In this document: in pieces, positions 1 through 12,500 of the stretch
How the letters are laid out: every line of letters begins with the position of its first letter
How positions within the stretch are numbered: the first letter of the stretch is position 1
Source: Psilocybe cubensis
Taxonomy: Eukaryota
NCBI GenBank assembly: GCA_017499595.2
Contig: CM038998.1
Coordinates: 434,001 to 498,000, forward strand
Direction of reading: 5' to 3'
Length of the DNA stretch: 64,000 bases
The notes under the pieces: model-generated
The model's input: the letters and a program-made list of their open reading frames with translations, nothing else
Told to the model about the DNA's origin: nothing
The model's database searches: none
Program-made: the position numbers and the translations under genes

Positions 1-382
1 GGAGACAACATGAAAATCTCTTTGCTTCTGTATACGACCGACGCAGGCCCAGGCCCTGGGTAAGCTTCTTAATTCAGGATACATCCACAAATGCAAGTTG
101 AATCAAAATGCCAGGCCAATCCGGTTTAAAGAAGCCACTCCTGCCAAGACTCTTCCCAAAGAGGCAGCCAATTGGCCATTTACGGTCGGTATACATCATC
201 CAGGAATAGAAGACAAAGGCGACGGCAAAAAGAAACACACAAAATATTTGGGACATCGCTTCAAGAAGGCCGGGGCCAACCATTGGCCTCATATGAAGGT
301 GGACAAAATAACCAAGTTAACCGGTATCGTGCCTACTCGCATCTATTCTATTGGATCGGACCACTGGAACGTGAGGGTCTGA
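1..382 (+). CDS. Paralog A of the uncharacterised tandem-module family, last two exons only (gene starts left of the window)
   Basis: Final exon LPKEAANWPFTVGIHHPGIEDKGDGKK...YLGHRFK...IYSIGSDHWNVRV* matches the C-terminal exons of paralogs B-E; GT donor at about 60, AG acceptor at about 97. Confidence 0.85.
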
Positions 383-689
383 TCAGTCATCAAAATGTTT
401 GCTGTGCATTCTACTTCGAATCTTTTCACAATCACTTAGAAATTTGCTTGCTTATATCACATTCCCGGGCTTGCTGTTGCCCCAAGTAACATGCACTTTG
501 TATACGTCGAAAAACCAATTTACCTTGACTTTTGTTTGCCGTTTCAGCCTTATGTGACTTGTTCATCGTCCGCCAATGCTTCAAATCATTCAGTTCCACC
601 GTTTTCCTCAACCGAGACACTCAAATTTCACCTCTTCTAGAGATAGCGGTGAATATATAACGATATAGACACGGGTAATAACAAGTGTG

Positions 690-1443
690 TATAGCAAAAC
701 AGACAAAAGAGAATATGTGCAAAATGAACCCAGCGAGTCCGTACCGGGCAGATATGTAGGTGGATGAATTGATGAGATGAAAGTGGAGATAAATGTTTAT
801 GTGAGAATGGGGCAATTTTTTTTTTTTTTTTTTTGTGTTAACGCCTCTAAGGGGAGGGCCCCTCCTTTGGCTTTGTAGCTACTCTTCTACCTAAGCAGCT
901 CCCTGAGCTGTGAAACGGCCTTCTTTGGCCTGCCCTTGCGCTCTGAGAGGCCCTCACGTCCTCTCACTGAGCCCAGTCTATCCTAGACTGTTTAGGGTAG
1001 CACCTCCGGCGCCTCTTTTTAGGCTTCTCTTCCTCTACTTTTCCTCCTTTCTTCCGTTTCTTGTCCCTATTTTGCGCCTTCCGGCGGCTAGGTTTGTTTT
1101 GTTGCCTTTTCTCAGTCTTCTTCCCCCTGAGAATGGGGCATATGTGATTGTGAACGAAACAGAAATAGAGATAGAAAAGATGAAAAAGGGAAACAAGCAC
1201 TGACATCTATAGGTAGAAAAAAAAGGCAAAGGAAAAAGAAGATATTGCATGGATGGATGGGGGCATGGAAGAGGGGAAATGCGTAACAGTCTTTAAAGAG
1301 ACGAGAGATATGATACGAAAGGGAAACAATGCCAGAGAAAGGACGCGGACATCCCCGCTTCATGGATAGTACAATCGTGTGGGTAGGGGGTAGGTGAGCG
1401 AGCATGCATGTCCGTGAAAGGTTGGTAGAGGAGAACGAAGAGT
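690..1443 (+). repeat. Duplicated 3' flank of paralog A, homologous to about 8050-8497 downstream of paralog B
   Basis: Clear alignment of 1141-1443 with about 8218-8497 (e.g. gatattgcatggatgg...gagcgagcatgcatgtccgtgaaagg..ggtagaggagaacgaagag); a shorter match cccagcgagtccgt at about 729 and 8133. Confidence 0.8.
815..1127 (-). mobile_element. 5'-truncated non-LTR retro-insertion (LINE 3' end or SINE-like) with poly(A) tail
   Basis: Poly-T run 816-834 on +; 13-bp direct repeat TGAGAATGGGGCA at 802-814 and 1128-1140; the paralogous flank near 8205-8235 lacks the insert. Confidence 0.85.
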
Positions 1444-2427
1444 CCTACAACGGTGACGCATTGAGAGTTGCCGTCTCCTTCGTTCGTCAGATGAGTACAT
1501 AATTACTTGGTATCAAGCTGGTTCATAGTCATACTGTCTCACTCGGGCCAGTCAGTCGCATATGGTCATATCTTGTAGATTGTAAATAAACCGAATACAA
1601 TGGTAAAAATAGTGAAATGGAGCTTGTTTCTTCTCGAAGTTTGCTAACAAGTAAGGCTAGCCCAGAAAAGGTTTTTGTATTGGACAGGGAGTTGGAACTA
1701 CTAATTTACAACCTGTTCTGGCCCTCTACCAACGGATGTGGGCGGTGGCTGAGTAGTCGACGAGCAACCGTATCCCCTCCTTTTTACTAGCAAAGTAGAA
1801 TTGTTAGTCAGGTAGATTAGGAACCGCTGAGTGCATCAGGGGTCATCCTCTGCACTTCCATCGGTTGCCTATGCCATGGAGAGAAATCGGCCTCCTATCC
1901 GTCGCCCTCTTCATCACCCAAATCTACTACCCGCCTATGTATTACAAAATTGCTAAGCACGACGCACCAGAAATGAGACAGATGACCTACTTACTAGTCT
2001 CTCCTAGACAGACTTCGATATGATGTGACATGTACCTACTTACCGTGTCGCACATAACCCCAATCAATTTTTGCAGCATTTCTGGCAGCGACTTTGACTC
2101 GAAAATGCGACTTCGCTGCGATTATCTGCCATGGAAAAATTATATTTATTACTGTGAAATAGATTACACACTTTAGTAATTATATTATTCCAGAAGAATG
2201 CAGATGTTCTGGCAGGTAATCTCCGCTTGTTACTAGTTAGTCCCGGGCCTCTCGCAGGTTGAGATCGTGCCCCATAACGGATGGGAACGCTGTAAATAAC
2301 CTTCCACAGGAGCTCAGGACTTACTATACTTACGTTACTCTATTAAACCTTATGGTTTCTTCACTCAAGAAGTTCTAATCTCGTTTTCACTGCTTGCTGC
2401 CCTCCGCAGAGTGAAAAGTCCGTAATT

Positions 2428-2459
2428 AACAAAAACAACAACAACAACAACAACAACAA
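2428..2459 (+). repeat. (AAC)n microsatellite
   Basis: aacaaaaacaacaaacaacaacaacaacaacaa read directly. Confidence 0.85.
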
Positions 2460-4078
2460 TGTCAAACATAAGCATACATCAATCTGCGGGTTAGGTTAGG
2501 TAGGTTAACGAGATTACCATTCAGCCCTAAAGAGTTGTGATATATCAGCCTAAGAAGAGAAAAATATTTGTCTTGATTAGTGTCCACCTGGCCTCTAATG
2601 TACTACCTACCGATTAATGTAATATATGCCGCCTTCACAACCTATTTGGCTCTGGTTTATTTAAAGTTTTGACATGACAATACTTTGACTTGCTTTGTCA
2701 ACTCTTTAAACATTAAACTATACCTTTTTAGGAACAAATGGCGCTTTCGGACATGGGGAACATCCCTGAATTTATAAATATGGATGGTTTGTGAGTCATT
2801 ATGAGGTAATGGCATATGTTTATGCTTTGTTATTTACGGAGACACGACATTGCGGAAGGATATCTTACAATATGCAGATTAAGAGACATCTGGAATTATT
2901 GAGTCATGGGAGTTATATCTTTTAATAGGGTCACGACCATAAATTACAACATACTATCGAGCGAATCATGCAATGCGCCTATGGACTGCGAGTTACGGGC
3001 CTTTGACATTGCTCCGGCAAGAAGTGCAAGAAAAATCCCGATTTCTGCATCATGAAGCTCTTAGGATATCATAATAGGATAACATACTGTTGACCGCCGA
3101 ACACTTTTCTTATTGCCTCTAATGGTAGGACTCTCCATTGGCTTGGTTGTCTAAGTACATACTACACACTCCTGTAACGTATTGGCCTTCATGGTACTCC
3201 CCTAGACTGCTTAGCATTCCTTCTCTGGCGCGTTGGACAGGTATTTTGCTATACACATTCTGTTCTCACGTCGGAAATTAGTTTGTGGTCATTATGCCAG
3301 TAGGGCTTCCCTCAGGTTTCCCCTATTTATATTGAACCCCTTCTTTGATACCTCTTCTTAATATATTTCCGCCAAACACATTCCCATTTGCCAGAATTTG
3401 ATAACTCACCTAATTTTACAAAGCTCCACTCTTTGACAGTGAGATCGTTGCGGCCACTCGGCAAGTGAGATTCTACCTTAGGGTCAGGCTCCAAGCTAGT
3501 CTAAATCACGAGGAGTCGGTTTACCGTCTCAAACCTTACTGAGCCACGTTTGACAATTAATAAGAACATGGCACTCGGAAGCTAGCAATATTTGAACAAA
3601 TCCTTGATGTGTGTCGTCGGACATTGAAACTTAATAAAATAAAGATGGCTGACATTGTGCTAAAGACTCTGGTTAGGCAGAATTTTTAGCTCGCTTACAG
3701 GGACCATCAGTTTTGTTCTCACTGTAGGCTATTTATTGACATAATAGTGAGCTCATTATAACTAAGGGCTAACACGTTGTATAAAATTTATATATTTCTT
3801 GATGGCCAATTTGTCGGTGAAACCGAAAGCGAGATTGGCCTCTACCCACAACGGGGATGGAACTCGACAGTTTTTAGCAATATTTGAACCTCATGCCACA
3901 GCCCGTTATTGACATCTAGTTGGCTCAATCGGTTGGCTTTCAAAATATCACAGTATACACAGACTCTGCTCTGAAATGCTGCATGTAGCATGTATTAGGA
4001 AAGGCTTGAGATATGGAATGCACTCTCGCTTAAAGCGCAGCAAGAAGGTAGATCTTTTCGGAGATTTTGTTGCTGTAT

Positions 4079-5235
4079 TATGGCTGCCCAAGTGGGGAAA
4101 TATTCCCCGTAAATATAATTACCTTATTTTTGAAAACTGCGTCAAGAATAAAAAAAAAATTGTGCGCGGAAACATTTGTTTGGTGCGCAGATTGCTTTCT
4201 GAGGCAGTTTGATGAATCCGTAAACACAATTGCCTGCGCGGAAACATATTTCAGACATAATTTACAAGCACAAGTGCATTATTTCTGCCCCAAATTATAT
4301 TTAACATGCAAGTTACATGCGTGTAAGTACATTTTGTACGTTGAACAAACCTTTTAATGCGCGGAAAACATTATTCGAAATGACCATTTTCTTGACCAAA
4401 GTGGCCAGCCGCGATTGCCGTGATTATGTAAATTGATCCTTTATGGCACTTCGGCACATGCTCATGGAGTTAGAGCTCCGACTGTCCTGTGTAATAGTCG
4501 TCTTGCTATTACCATTCTGTAGGGTAAGGTATAAACAAGTTTTGAGTTATTTATATCTAATAACACCTATCTGGTGCTTTTGAAAGCTCCCCATTGGTGG
4601 TGCAGCTTGTGCACCATCTCAGAGAAACTGCATATATTGTGGGAAAATCATCAGTCAGTACGTCTTTGCCTGTACCTTGCACGTCTGTGAAGTTAAGCAT
4701 GTCTATATAGGACTATAAAGTCATACCAAGGCAATATTTAATGAGTAAAAGTGTAATTACTGACCATAGTACTTCATAAATGGCTGTAAAAGAAAACGAC
4801 CCTTTGTATTTAAATTATAGGTTATGCCTTCAGTCGGAGCTCTAACTCCATGAGCATGTGCCGAAGTGCCATCATGGATCAATTTACATAATCACGGCAA
4901 TCGCGGCTGGCCGCCTTGGTCAAGAAATGGACATTTCGAATATTGTTTTCCGCGCATTGAAAGGTTTGTTTGGCGCACAAAATATAATTACGCGCATGTA
5001 ATTTACACGTTAAATATAATTTGAGGCAGAAATAATGCACTCGCACTTGCAAATTACGTCTGAAATATGTTTCCGCGCAGCCAATTGTGTTCACGGAATC
5101 ATCAAACTGCCCCAGAAAGCAATCTGCGCACCAAACAAATGTTTCCGCGCGCAAATTTTTTTTTAATCTTGACGCACTTTCCAAAAATAAGGTAATTATA
5201 TTTACGGGGAATATTTCCCCACTTGGGCAGCCATA
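4079..5235. mobile_element. TE1: non-autonomous TIR element, about 405-bp TIRs, TATGG...CCATA termini (IS3EU-like)
   Basis: 4079-4484 is the near-perfect reverse complement of 4831-5235; 346-bp AT-rich spacer; repeated GCGCGGAAA motifs in the arms; flanks CTGTAT and TCGACC do not match. Confidence 0.9.
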
Positions 5236-7396
5236 TCGACCGTCTACTACAACGTAAGCCTGTTAATATGACTTTGAGGAACAAAAATGATCTCAATCTG
5301 AGACGCCCAGGTCATTGTTGCGGATCCCAAAGCTCCTGTCATTAGCGTTTCCACGCGTCTGCACATTGTGGACGATGGCAATGCCCCACTAAAGTTGAGA
5401 ATTACTCTTGAGGTATTTTCTTTCTTTTTCGACGAGGGGATAAGATACTCACAATCTCCAGTCTTCAATTATGCCAGCAGGAACCTTTGTATCAATCTCT
5501 TCTTCAACTGGTACAATCAGTCTTCCAAAAACTGCTCTGGTGGCCGACCTCGGAGTCAGCGTCAGTCTGTCTCCCGGTTTTGACGACACTATCACTCTCA
5601 CTGTCTTCCGTGGGCCCAATGATCTCATTGACACGTATGCCTGGCTGTCTTTGCAAGCTGGTATTCTCACAACCCAGGACGTTAATCCTGGCGCCATACC
5701 AATCAGTAAATTCTTTTTGCTTGGCGCTCTGAACGTTGTCTTCAATGATGAGGCTACTACCAACTTTAAACACGCATGTCCTGCGGCTAACCAAAACAGG
5801 GAGCTTACCAATTTGATAAATGCACAAAACAAAGCCGAAACTGTTCAGGCAGATACCACCATTATTCAGAACACCAATGTGACGGGTTCTGCTACTGGAT
5901 GGTGGTTCCGTGATGCTATGGGCGATGGAAACGTTTTCCCCCGGACGTTCAACTTCAGTCATTCACCTGGTACGGATGCTCCCCATTTCTCTGAACTCCA
6001 GTTCTGACTCGTAGTTTATATAGACATTCAACCTGTTGGAACAGCGCCTAGATCTGACGCTCAACAGATACTAGGCGGAGCAAATGCAAACGTCGATTGG
6101 AGCGATGCGAATAATGTTAGTATTCAACAAGGCGCACCAAACTACATTTACCTCCGAGGAAATTGCACTTCGGGCAATAACTATTCCGTTCAAACGAGAC
6201 TTTTCTGCGTTCCCTCGGCTTTGGTTCTTTACCCGCCTACGTATTCGCAGTTCTCTGTCACCGATTTTGACAGCGACAATAACCCTGTTGTCGCTGTGCG
6301 AAACATCACTTCAACCTCGACCAACAGTTTCAACGTCGTGGACACAGCTTTCGATCTGCTAAACCCCCAACCCCCACCACCAGGAAGTGACCATTTCTGT
6401 CTCATTGCAGAGGCCCGCCATCCGACTCCCGAGAATCCGGACCCTCAGTGGCCACACGAAGTCACTGGGTCATATTCTTCAGGTGATTTATTTTCTACAT
6501 CGATCAAGTACATTTAAATTTAATTGAACTCGCCTTTTAGCTTCCGGATTCAGCACATGGATAGGCAGTACCCCCACCGTTACCTGGAGAAACGTGTCCT
6601 ACCAACCAGGCGGCGCCCAAATTATTTGCACTTCTATTGTTACCATTCCACCGGGCTTGTACTCGACCTCCACTGAATGGATTCTGGAGGCAGAAGCTCA
6701 GAATGCTCCTGTTGGTTCTGCCTGTACGTATTTATCTTATTCTGGCAGGTGACGAAGCGTTAAAACTATTTTATGGCGCAGGGAGGTTGACTGGAAATGG
6801 TCCCACAATCCCGGGTGTAGATATTGGATTCCAAGAAACAACAATTACGGCCCCCAACATGGTCCGTTACTCAACAATGTGGTTTTTATTGTTCTAATGC
6901 AAAAATCGTTTTAGGTTCAAGGTTGCCAATTCACTGGAGTTCCAGACCCATATACTTTCTCTGCCGTTCTTTAATGGTTCTCCAATGGAAAGCCTGTTGA
7001 AGATGGCATGACCTTCAAACTTAGTATATTTACGATGCAAACACCGAAGTAAGATTCATTGTTTGCAAGTGTATCTTCACGAACTTAAACTGCTTTCAAC
7101 ACATCAGTCTTTTCCCAACTGGGCCCAACTTTGCAATCACTTCCCGTCAACCATGCACCCTTCCACCAGAGGCAGATGATTGGAAATATATGGTTGGTTC
7201 TTACCATCCAGGAGTCGAGAACAAAGGCGACGGCAAGAAGACGCACGTAGGATACCTGGGTCATCGCTTTAAGTATCCTGGAGAAAACCCTTCGCCTCAT
7301 GCTCGCAAGAAACACAACGCAACCGATTTGAGCACGGATGACATCGAACCTGTTACTGTCTATTCCATTGGTTCGGATTGCTGGAACATTACTTAG
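5236..7396 (+). pseudogene. Paralog B, 5'-truncated at TE1 and carrying a nonsense codon
   Basis: Begins mid-exon at STVYYN|gtaagc directly after TE1; downstream exons collinear with C-E (MPAGT..., GWWFRD...SHSP, DHFCLIAE, YSIGSDCWNIT*); in-frame TAA at 6972-6974 where paralogs have CAA or GAA before TGG TTC. Confidence 0.85.
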
Positions 7397-9563
7397 GCGT
7401 CTCCCAAACATCTTTGAAGTTTCGCTGTCCGCTGTCGGGAGGTAGCCGTTTCCTTTGAATGCTTTCACAACGACTTATCATGAAAATCCTTTGTATACAT
7501 TTTTGGGCCTGCTGTTGCCTTAAGAAACACGCACCTTCTGTACCACGTTGTAAATGATGAATAAATTTACTTTGACGACCTTTTCAATGCGAACAAGGCA
7601 AAATTGTAATTCTTTCCCCGAGAAAATCCAGGAAACAAACATATTCGACTTCCGCCAGAAACACTTGTCTACACAGTAGGGATATCGATGGATACCCGTC
7701 AATATTGCGAGATACTATACCCAATGATGTCGACGCCGGGTGAATGCAGAAGGCGGGCCTGCTGTTACTCATCGTTGTGTATCGGGACCAGATACAAAGA
7801 GAGTGGGGGTAAGAGATGGTCACTCATGATTGCCCGTTAAGATGAATAGAAACAGTGGCCGACAATGGCTGCATGGAGTGAGCACCTAAGCATTCGATGT
7901 AGGCAGAAACATGTAAAAATGTCTACTAGTCGGCGGAGGCCCTGGAAAACACGATGAACTGAGGAATGTCTCCGTCCGTCATACTTCTAGCTGCATTGAC
8001 TGCAGAATTCAACGGGTTTCAGATGGGTCGAAATGTATTCACTCATTCTAGTGTTGACGGTAAAAACAAAATAATACATGAACGAGGAGAACGGATATGT
8101 GTGGAGATAAAAAATAATAATCGCAGAAAGATCCCAGCGAGTCCGTGCCAGGTAGATGTGAAAGAATTGCAAAAAGAGAAAAGAGATATCGGCTAAGTGC
8201 TTGTGTGGGGTGAGGCATATATGATTGTGAACGACGCAAAAATAGAAAAGAAAGAAAGGAAAAGAAGCAGTGACGTCTATAGGGAGAAAAAAGGAAGATA
8301 TTGCATGGATGGTTGGGACCTGGGAAGAGGGAGAATGCAAAGCGTTCTTGATGAGACGAGAGATATGACATGAAAGAGAAACAATGCAAGAAGAAATACG
8401 GGGACATCCCGGCTTCAGTGATAGTAAGATCGTGTGGGTAGGGGGTAGGCGAGCGAGCATGCATGTCCGTGAAAGGTAGGTAGAGGAGAACGAAGAGAGG
8501 ATGTGGGAAGGTAAAAATACAATGCGAGAATGTCGAGGGTGTAGAGTTACGGATGGACGATGGAGCAGATGGGAATCCAGCAGTAAGAATAACGATAACG
8601 ATATTGGTGTTTTGCAATAAACAAATGAGCACCTTGAGTCGAGGTGGGATGGCAAGGTGTAAAGTTCTGCGAGACTTGCTGCGTGTCTGTTCGAAATGGA
8701 CAGACATAGGGGACGTTCGGGGTACTTGTACATGTCCCGGGGATGATTGGCTCGTGATGGTGATAGGTAGGCTGATGCAGGGCCGAGGCTCGCAGCCGAT
8801 CGAGTCCAGGACGGGTGAAAAGCGTTGGTTGCATAGATGACTGCTCAATATTGCGGAGTAAAGTTGGCGATGCGATGGGGTCGATGGATGAGAAGGATAA
8901 TGGCGGTACAGGTTGAATGACCGAGCGACGCCGTCTTGAAGATAGAAATGGAAGAGGCGTAGACGACGAGAAGAATAAAAGGGGGAGGTAGATAAAAATA
9001 CAAACAAAAAGGTATAAATATGAACGAAAATGAAACGAAGTGGAAGAAAGTTGTGATGTAGAAAAAAATATGGGTCCATTCCAACCAAGATAAAAGAAAA
9101 AACGAAGTGCACCGCGGGTATGCGGTAGATACAAAAAAAAATCGCGAGAAATAGAAAGCCTAAAGTAGGCGGATGACGTCGAAGCGGATAAAAATAAAGC
9201 AGGTCCAAAATAGGGAATTTGCGAGGCGAACTACTGAACGGGGAATTTAACACTAGCCAGGGGTCGAAAACAAGAGCCGAATTGTGATAAGACGAAGCAC
9301 GACAGTGTGATCTGCATCATCATATGGCCACGAGGGGGAGGTGATGCGATAGGAACGACAGGATGCTTGCAGTCCTGTCTTGTCAGTTGTCAACCTTCCA
9401 CCTGGCCGGCGAAGTCTAAAACCGGGTGTCCAATTGAGAACTAAACCAAGTCCTGAAATGAATGATTAGGCCCATGTTGAATCAGGATATTAAGCAGCAA
9501 GTGAAAAAGGGCTTACTCGCTTGCCGGTTGCTTCCTTCCCCCCCTTCATCGAACCCCTTAGAC

Positions 9564-12500
9564 TTAGGCGACTAGCCCTGGCGATTCTCTCTCTGAGCCA
9601 CCGCTGCCGCGCATGGTTGCGTCTGGCTTTGAGTCCGCGGTGCTATGGCTGGCGCTACTCCCGACTGTGGGCCCGGGAGCCTGTGCGAAGCACCATTGAC
9701 GAACAAATGCCTGATAGACAGCGTCGTCTGTGGTGCTGCCGGGTGATGTGGGTCCTGGGACAGGAGAAGATGTTCTCCCCGAAGCGTCTGAAACGACATT
9801 TTGAGTGGGATTCGCGTTCGACAAAGGTATGCCTGCGTTCGATGCAAGACCTACTCCGGAACCGTTGGGAGATATGGAGGGCGAAGCTAGGGGAGATACG
9901 CGCATAGGCGAACGTGTTCCGCCCATGCCAAAGCGCGTCCTGTGGCCGATGACAGGAGAGGAGCTCGAGGGGGAGGAGGATGTGGACGACGAAGAGCCGT
10001 ATCCTGATCCAACAAGAGGCCGAGGTGAGCCAGGACGGAGGCCCCACATAGCGGGTCCGCTGCCGTTTCCGTTGCCGCTGGATTTCGATGAGGGGGTAGT
10101 TGTGGATGTGGCGTTGGTGTTTACAGGAGACATTGCGCGCCGGTGAGGTCCAGGGGGTATGATCCCATTGCCGTCTGATTTTGATTTGGAGTTCGAGTCG
10201 CTCCCGCTCCCACTCGATGAGGATGAGGACGAAGAACCGCGTGTGCCGATGCTGAACGTCCTTTTGTGTTCCCCGTTCGACTCCTTGCGTTTTCGGTGAG
10301 GAAGGACCATTGGTCCAGAGACGGACGAAGACCCAGGTGTAGAGCCATATGCTGATGCCGTTGCAGCGCCCGATCCCGAATTGGATGTGGTGCTGCGCCC
10401 TTTTATACTCTTCAGAATCTCGTCAACAGGGACACTAGGTTCATCTTCCCCCGGCTTTCCCTCATCTCCTCGAGTGGTCGTCGGAACGTCCCCGAATGAA
10501 CTCCAAGGCCAGTAACTTTCGCCGTGCTCTCCAGTGCTGGTGCCTCCGAGGATGCGACTCGCAGGAATACGCATGCCCAGGCCCATATCTTCCATCGCAG
10601 AGAACGGTGGGCTGGTACCCAATTTACTAGGACTCGGGCCGCCAGCGAAGCCACCCATATCATTGCTAGAAGCAACATTCCTAGCGGGAACGGGAGGCTC
10701 GCGAAGATTGATCGCGCTGCTGATACCCATGGCGAACTGGTCTTTCTCTCCGTCTCCCCATGTAGGCGGGAGGACTCCGTGTCCCACTGTTGGTGTACGA
10801 TCATTATCGAGCTCGGCATGGTGATCATGGTCTTCGTCGTCTCCAGGGAGTACAACATGTACGTGGTCGTCGCTAGGTCGTGGCGTCTGCACAGGAGTCG
10901 TGCTGGCAGGCACTGAAGTGGGAGAGAATTTCTGATACGTCGCTGGTGCGGCGTAGTTCCTCAAATTGAGCTTCTTAAGCCGAGCTAGCGTGCTCTGCGT
11001 CAACGCCGCCTGATGCTCCTTTCGCTGCTGAAGTTCCTGGGGTGTCGGAGGCGATGCCATAACGGAGGTCGGTGTTGAAAAGGGGTACGAATCTGATCCA
11101 GAACCAGGGAAAGATGCCGAGGAAGATATCTGCGGCGGGGCGGGATATGATTTCGAGCCTGCCATGGGAGGCGGAGACGATGTTGAGCCCGAATAGGCAG
11201 CTGGATAGACATAAAAGGACAAAACGTCAAAAAAGAAAAAGAAGTGGCAACACGTGAGTCAACAGCGAAAATCATATAAAGGCAGGACGAAGAAGACGTA
11301 CAAGGCGCGCTGAAGGTTAATCCCCTCGTATACATCCCTCTTCCATTAGGTGTGGTAGCACCAAAGTGCCCCTGAACCCTCGTTCTCGTCTCCGGTGCGC
11401 GAATGACTTTCTTGAAGCCGATCCGGTAGTTCCGACTCGCGTTGTTGTCCCACCATTCTTGCGCTTGACCTGGAGGAATCGAATGGTCTTTGGACGAGCC
11501 ACTGCCACCGATTCCTGGCATCAACTGGAACGATGATGTCGCAGACGGTGCAGACAAGTCCACACCGGCCGTATACCGAGCTACGAACCACATGGTACGA
11601 CCTTCCAACGTGCCCAAAGACGCATAGTCTTCGAGGCTAATTGAAAATCGGAAGCGATCCCAGCCCTCCTTACCCTTCTCCCCAACTTCTCGTTGTCGTC
11701 CTCCCTCACCATTGCCGCTACTCGTCCCAACAATACCCGAATCCCCTTCCAATCCCCATGGTAAACCAACCTTCGTGTTACCCCTTGTCGCCCAGAACCG
11801 TTCCGGTAGTCCCTTCAGACTGCATTCGTAGACTGCGAGTACGTCGTTGGTGGTGTGCCACTCGTCCATCGTGAATCGGATGGCAACCGTCTTACGGTAA
11901 GCCAGATTGCGAACAAGAATAGTACCGGTGAGTGTCAAGGGACGCGACGGGGGCAGGGTTTTGATGATGCTGGGATTGGAAGAAGCTACAGAAGGGAAGA
12001 AAGGTCAGTTGTTGATCGAACAGTGAATACCGCCCCTTCCATCGATAACCATACTCGTCGACCACGAAAAATGCGCATATATCGACGTTCACCTCAAAAA
12101 ACGCGCATATACCCACATACCCCCTCCCCCTTCAAAAAACCACATACAAAGTAAAAGTAACATGAACTCACAATCTTCAGAAACACTTCTCACAAATCCA
12201 ACACTCTCGACATACACATGTCCCTCTCCTACACGATGACCATTACCCGCCACCCCTTCCGCACCTACACTGCTCCCATCTTGCATTGGTATATACGAGC
12301 AACGGTCCTCGTCAACATCGTAGTATTCTTTCGCGCTCGTGCCATTGTTCGTCGAGTCATCGTCGAAAGTGCCGTTGCTCAATGGACTATGGCTTCTTCT
12401 CACAGGGCCAACCTTCGGGAATGGGTATCCGCTCGTGCCTCCTGCGCCACCTCCACCACTCCTTCCCCAGCCACTCCCCCAACCACCCCATCTATTCACA

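Noticed and set aside
2488-2510. gggttaggttaggtaggtta as an interstitial telomere
   Set aside because: Only about three degenerate 4-5-nt units, not TTAGGG arrays.
3840-3945. tRNA-like A-box and B-box fragments
   Set aside because: The motifs lie on opposite strands and no cloverleaf could be built.
4079-5235. Reading TE1 as a Tc1/mariner MITE with a TA TSD
   Set aside because: The terminal TA is part of the TATGG...CCATA ends shared with TE2 and TE3, which have 6-bp TSDs outside those ends.
7987-9253. Long minus-strand ORFs (401, 248 and 195 aa)
   Set aside because: Phe/Leu/Ser-biased translations of pyrimidine-rich DNA, open in several frames at once; more likely the 3' UTR or flank of the CBM21 gene.
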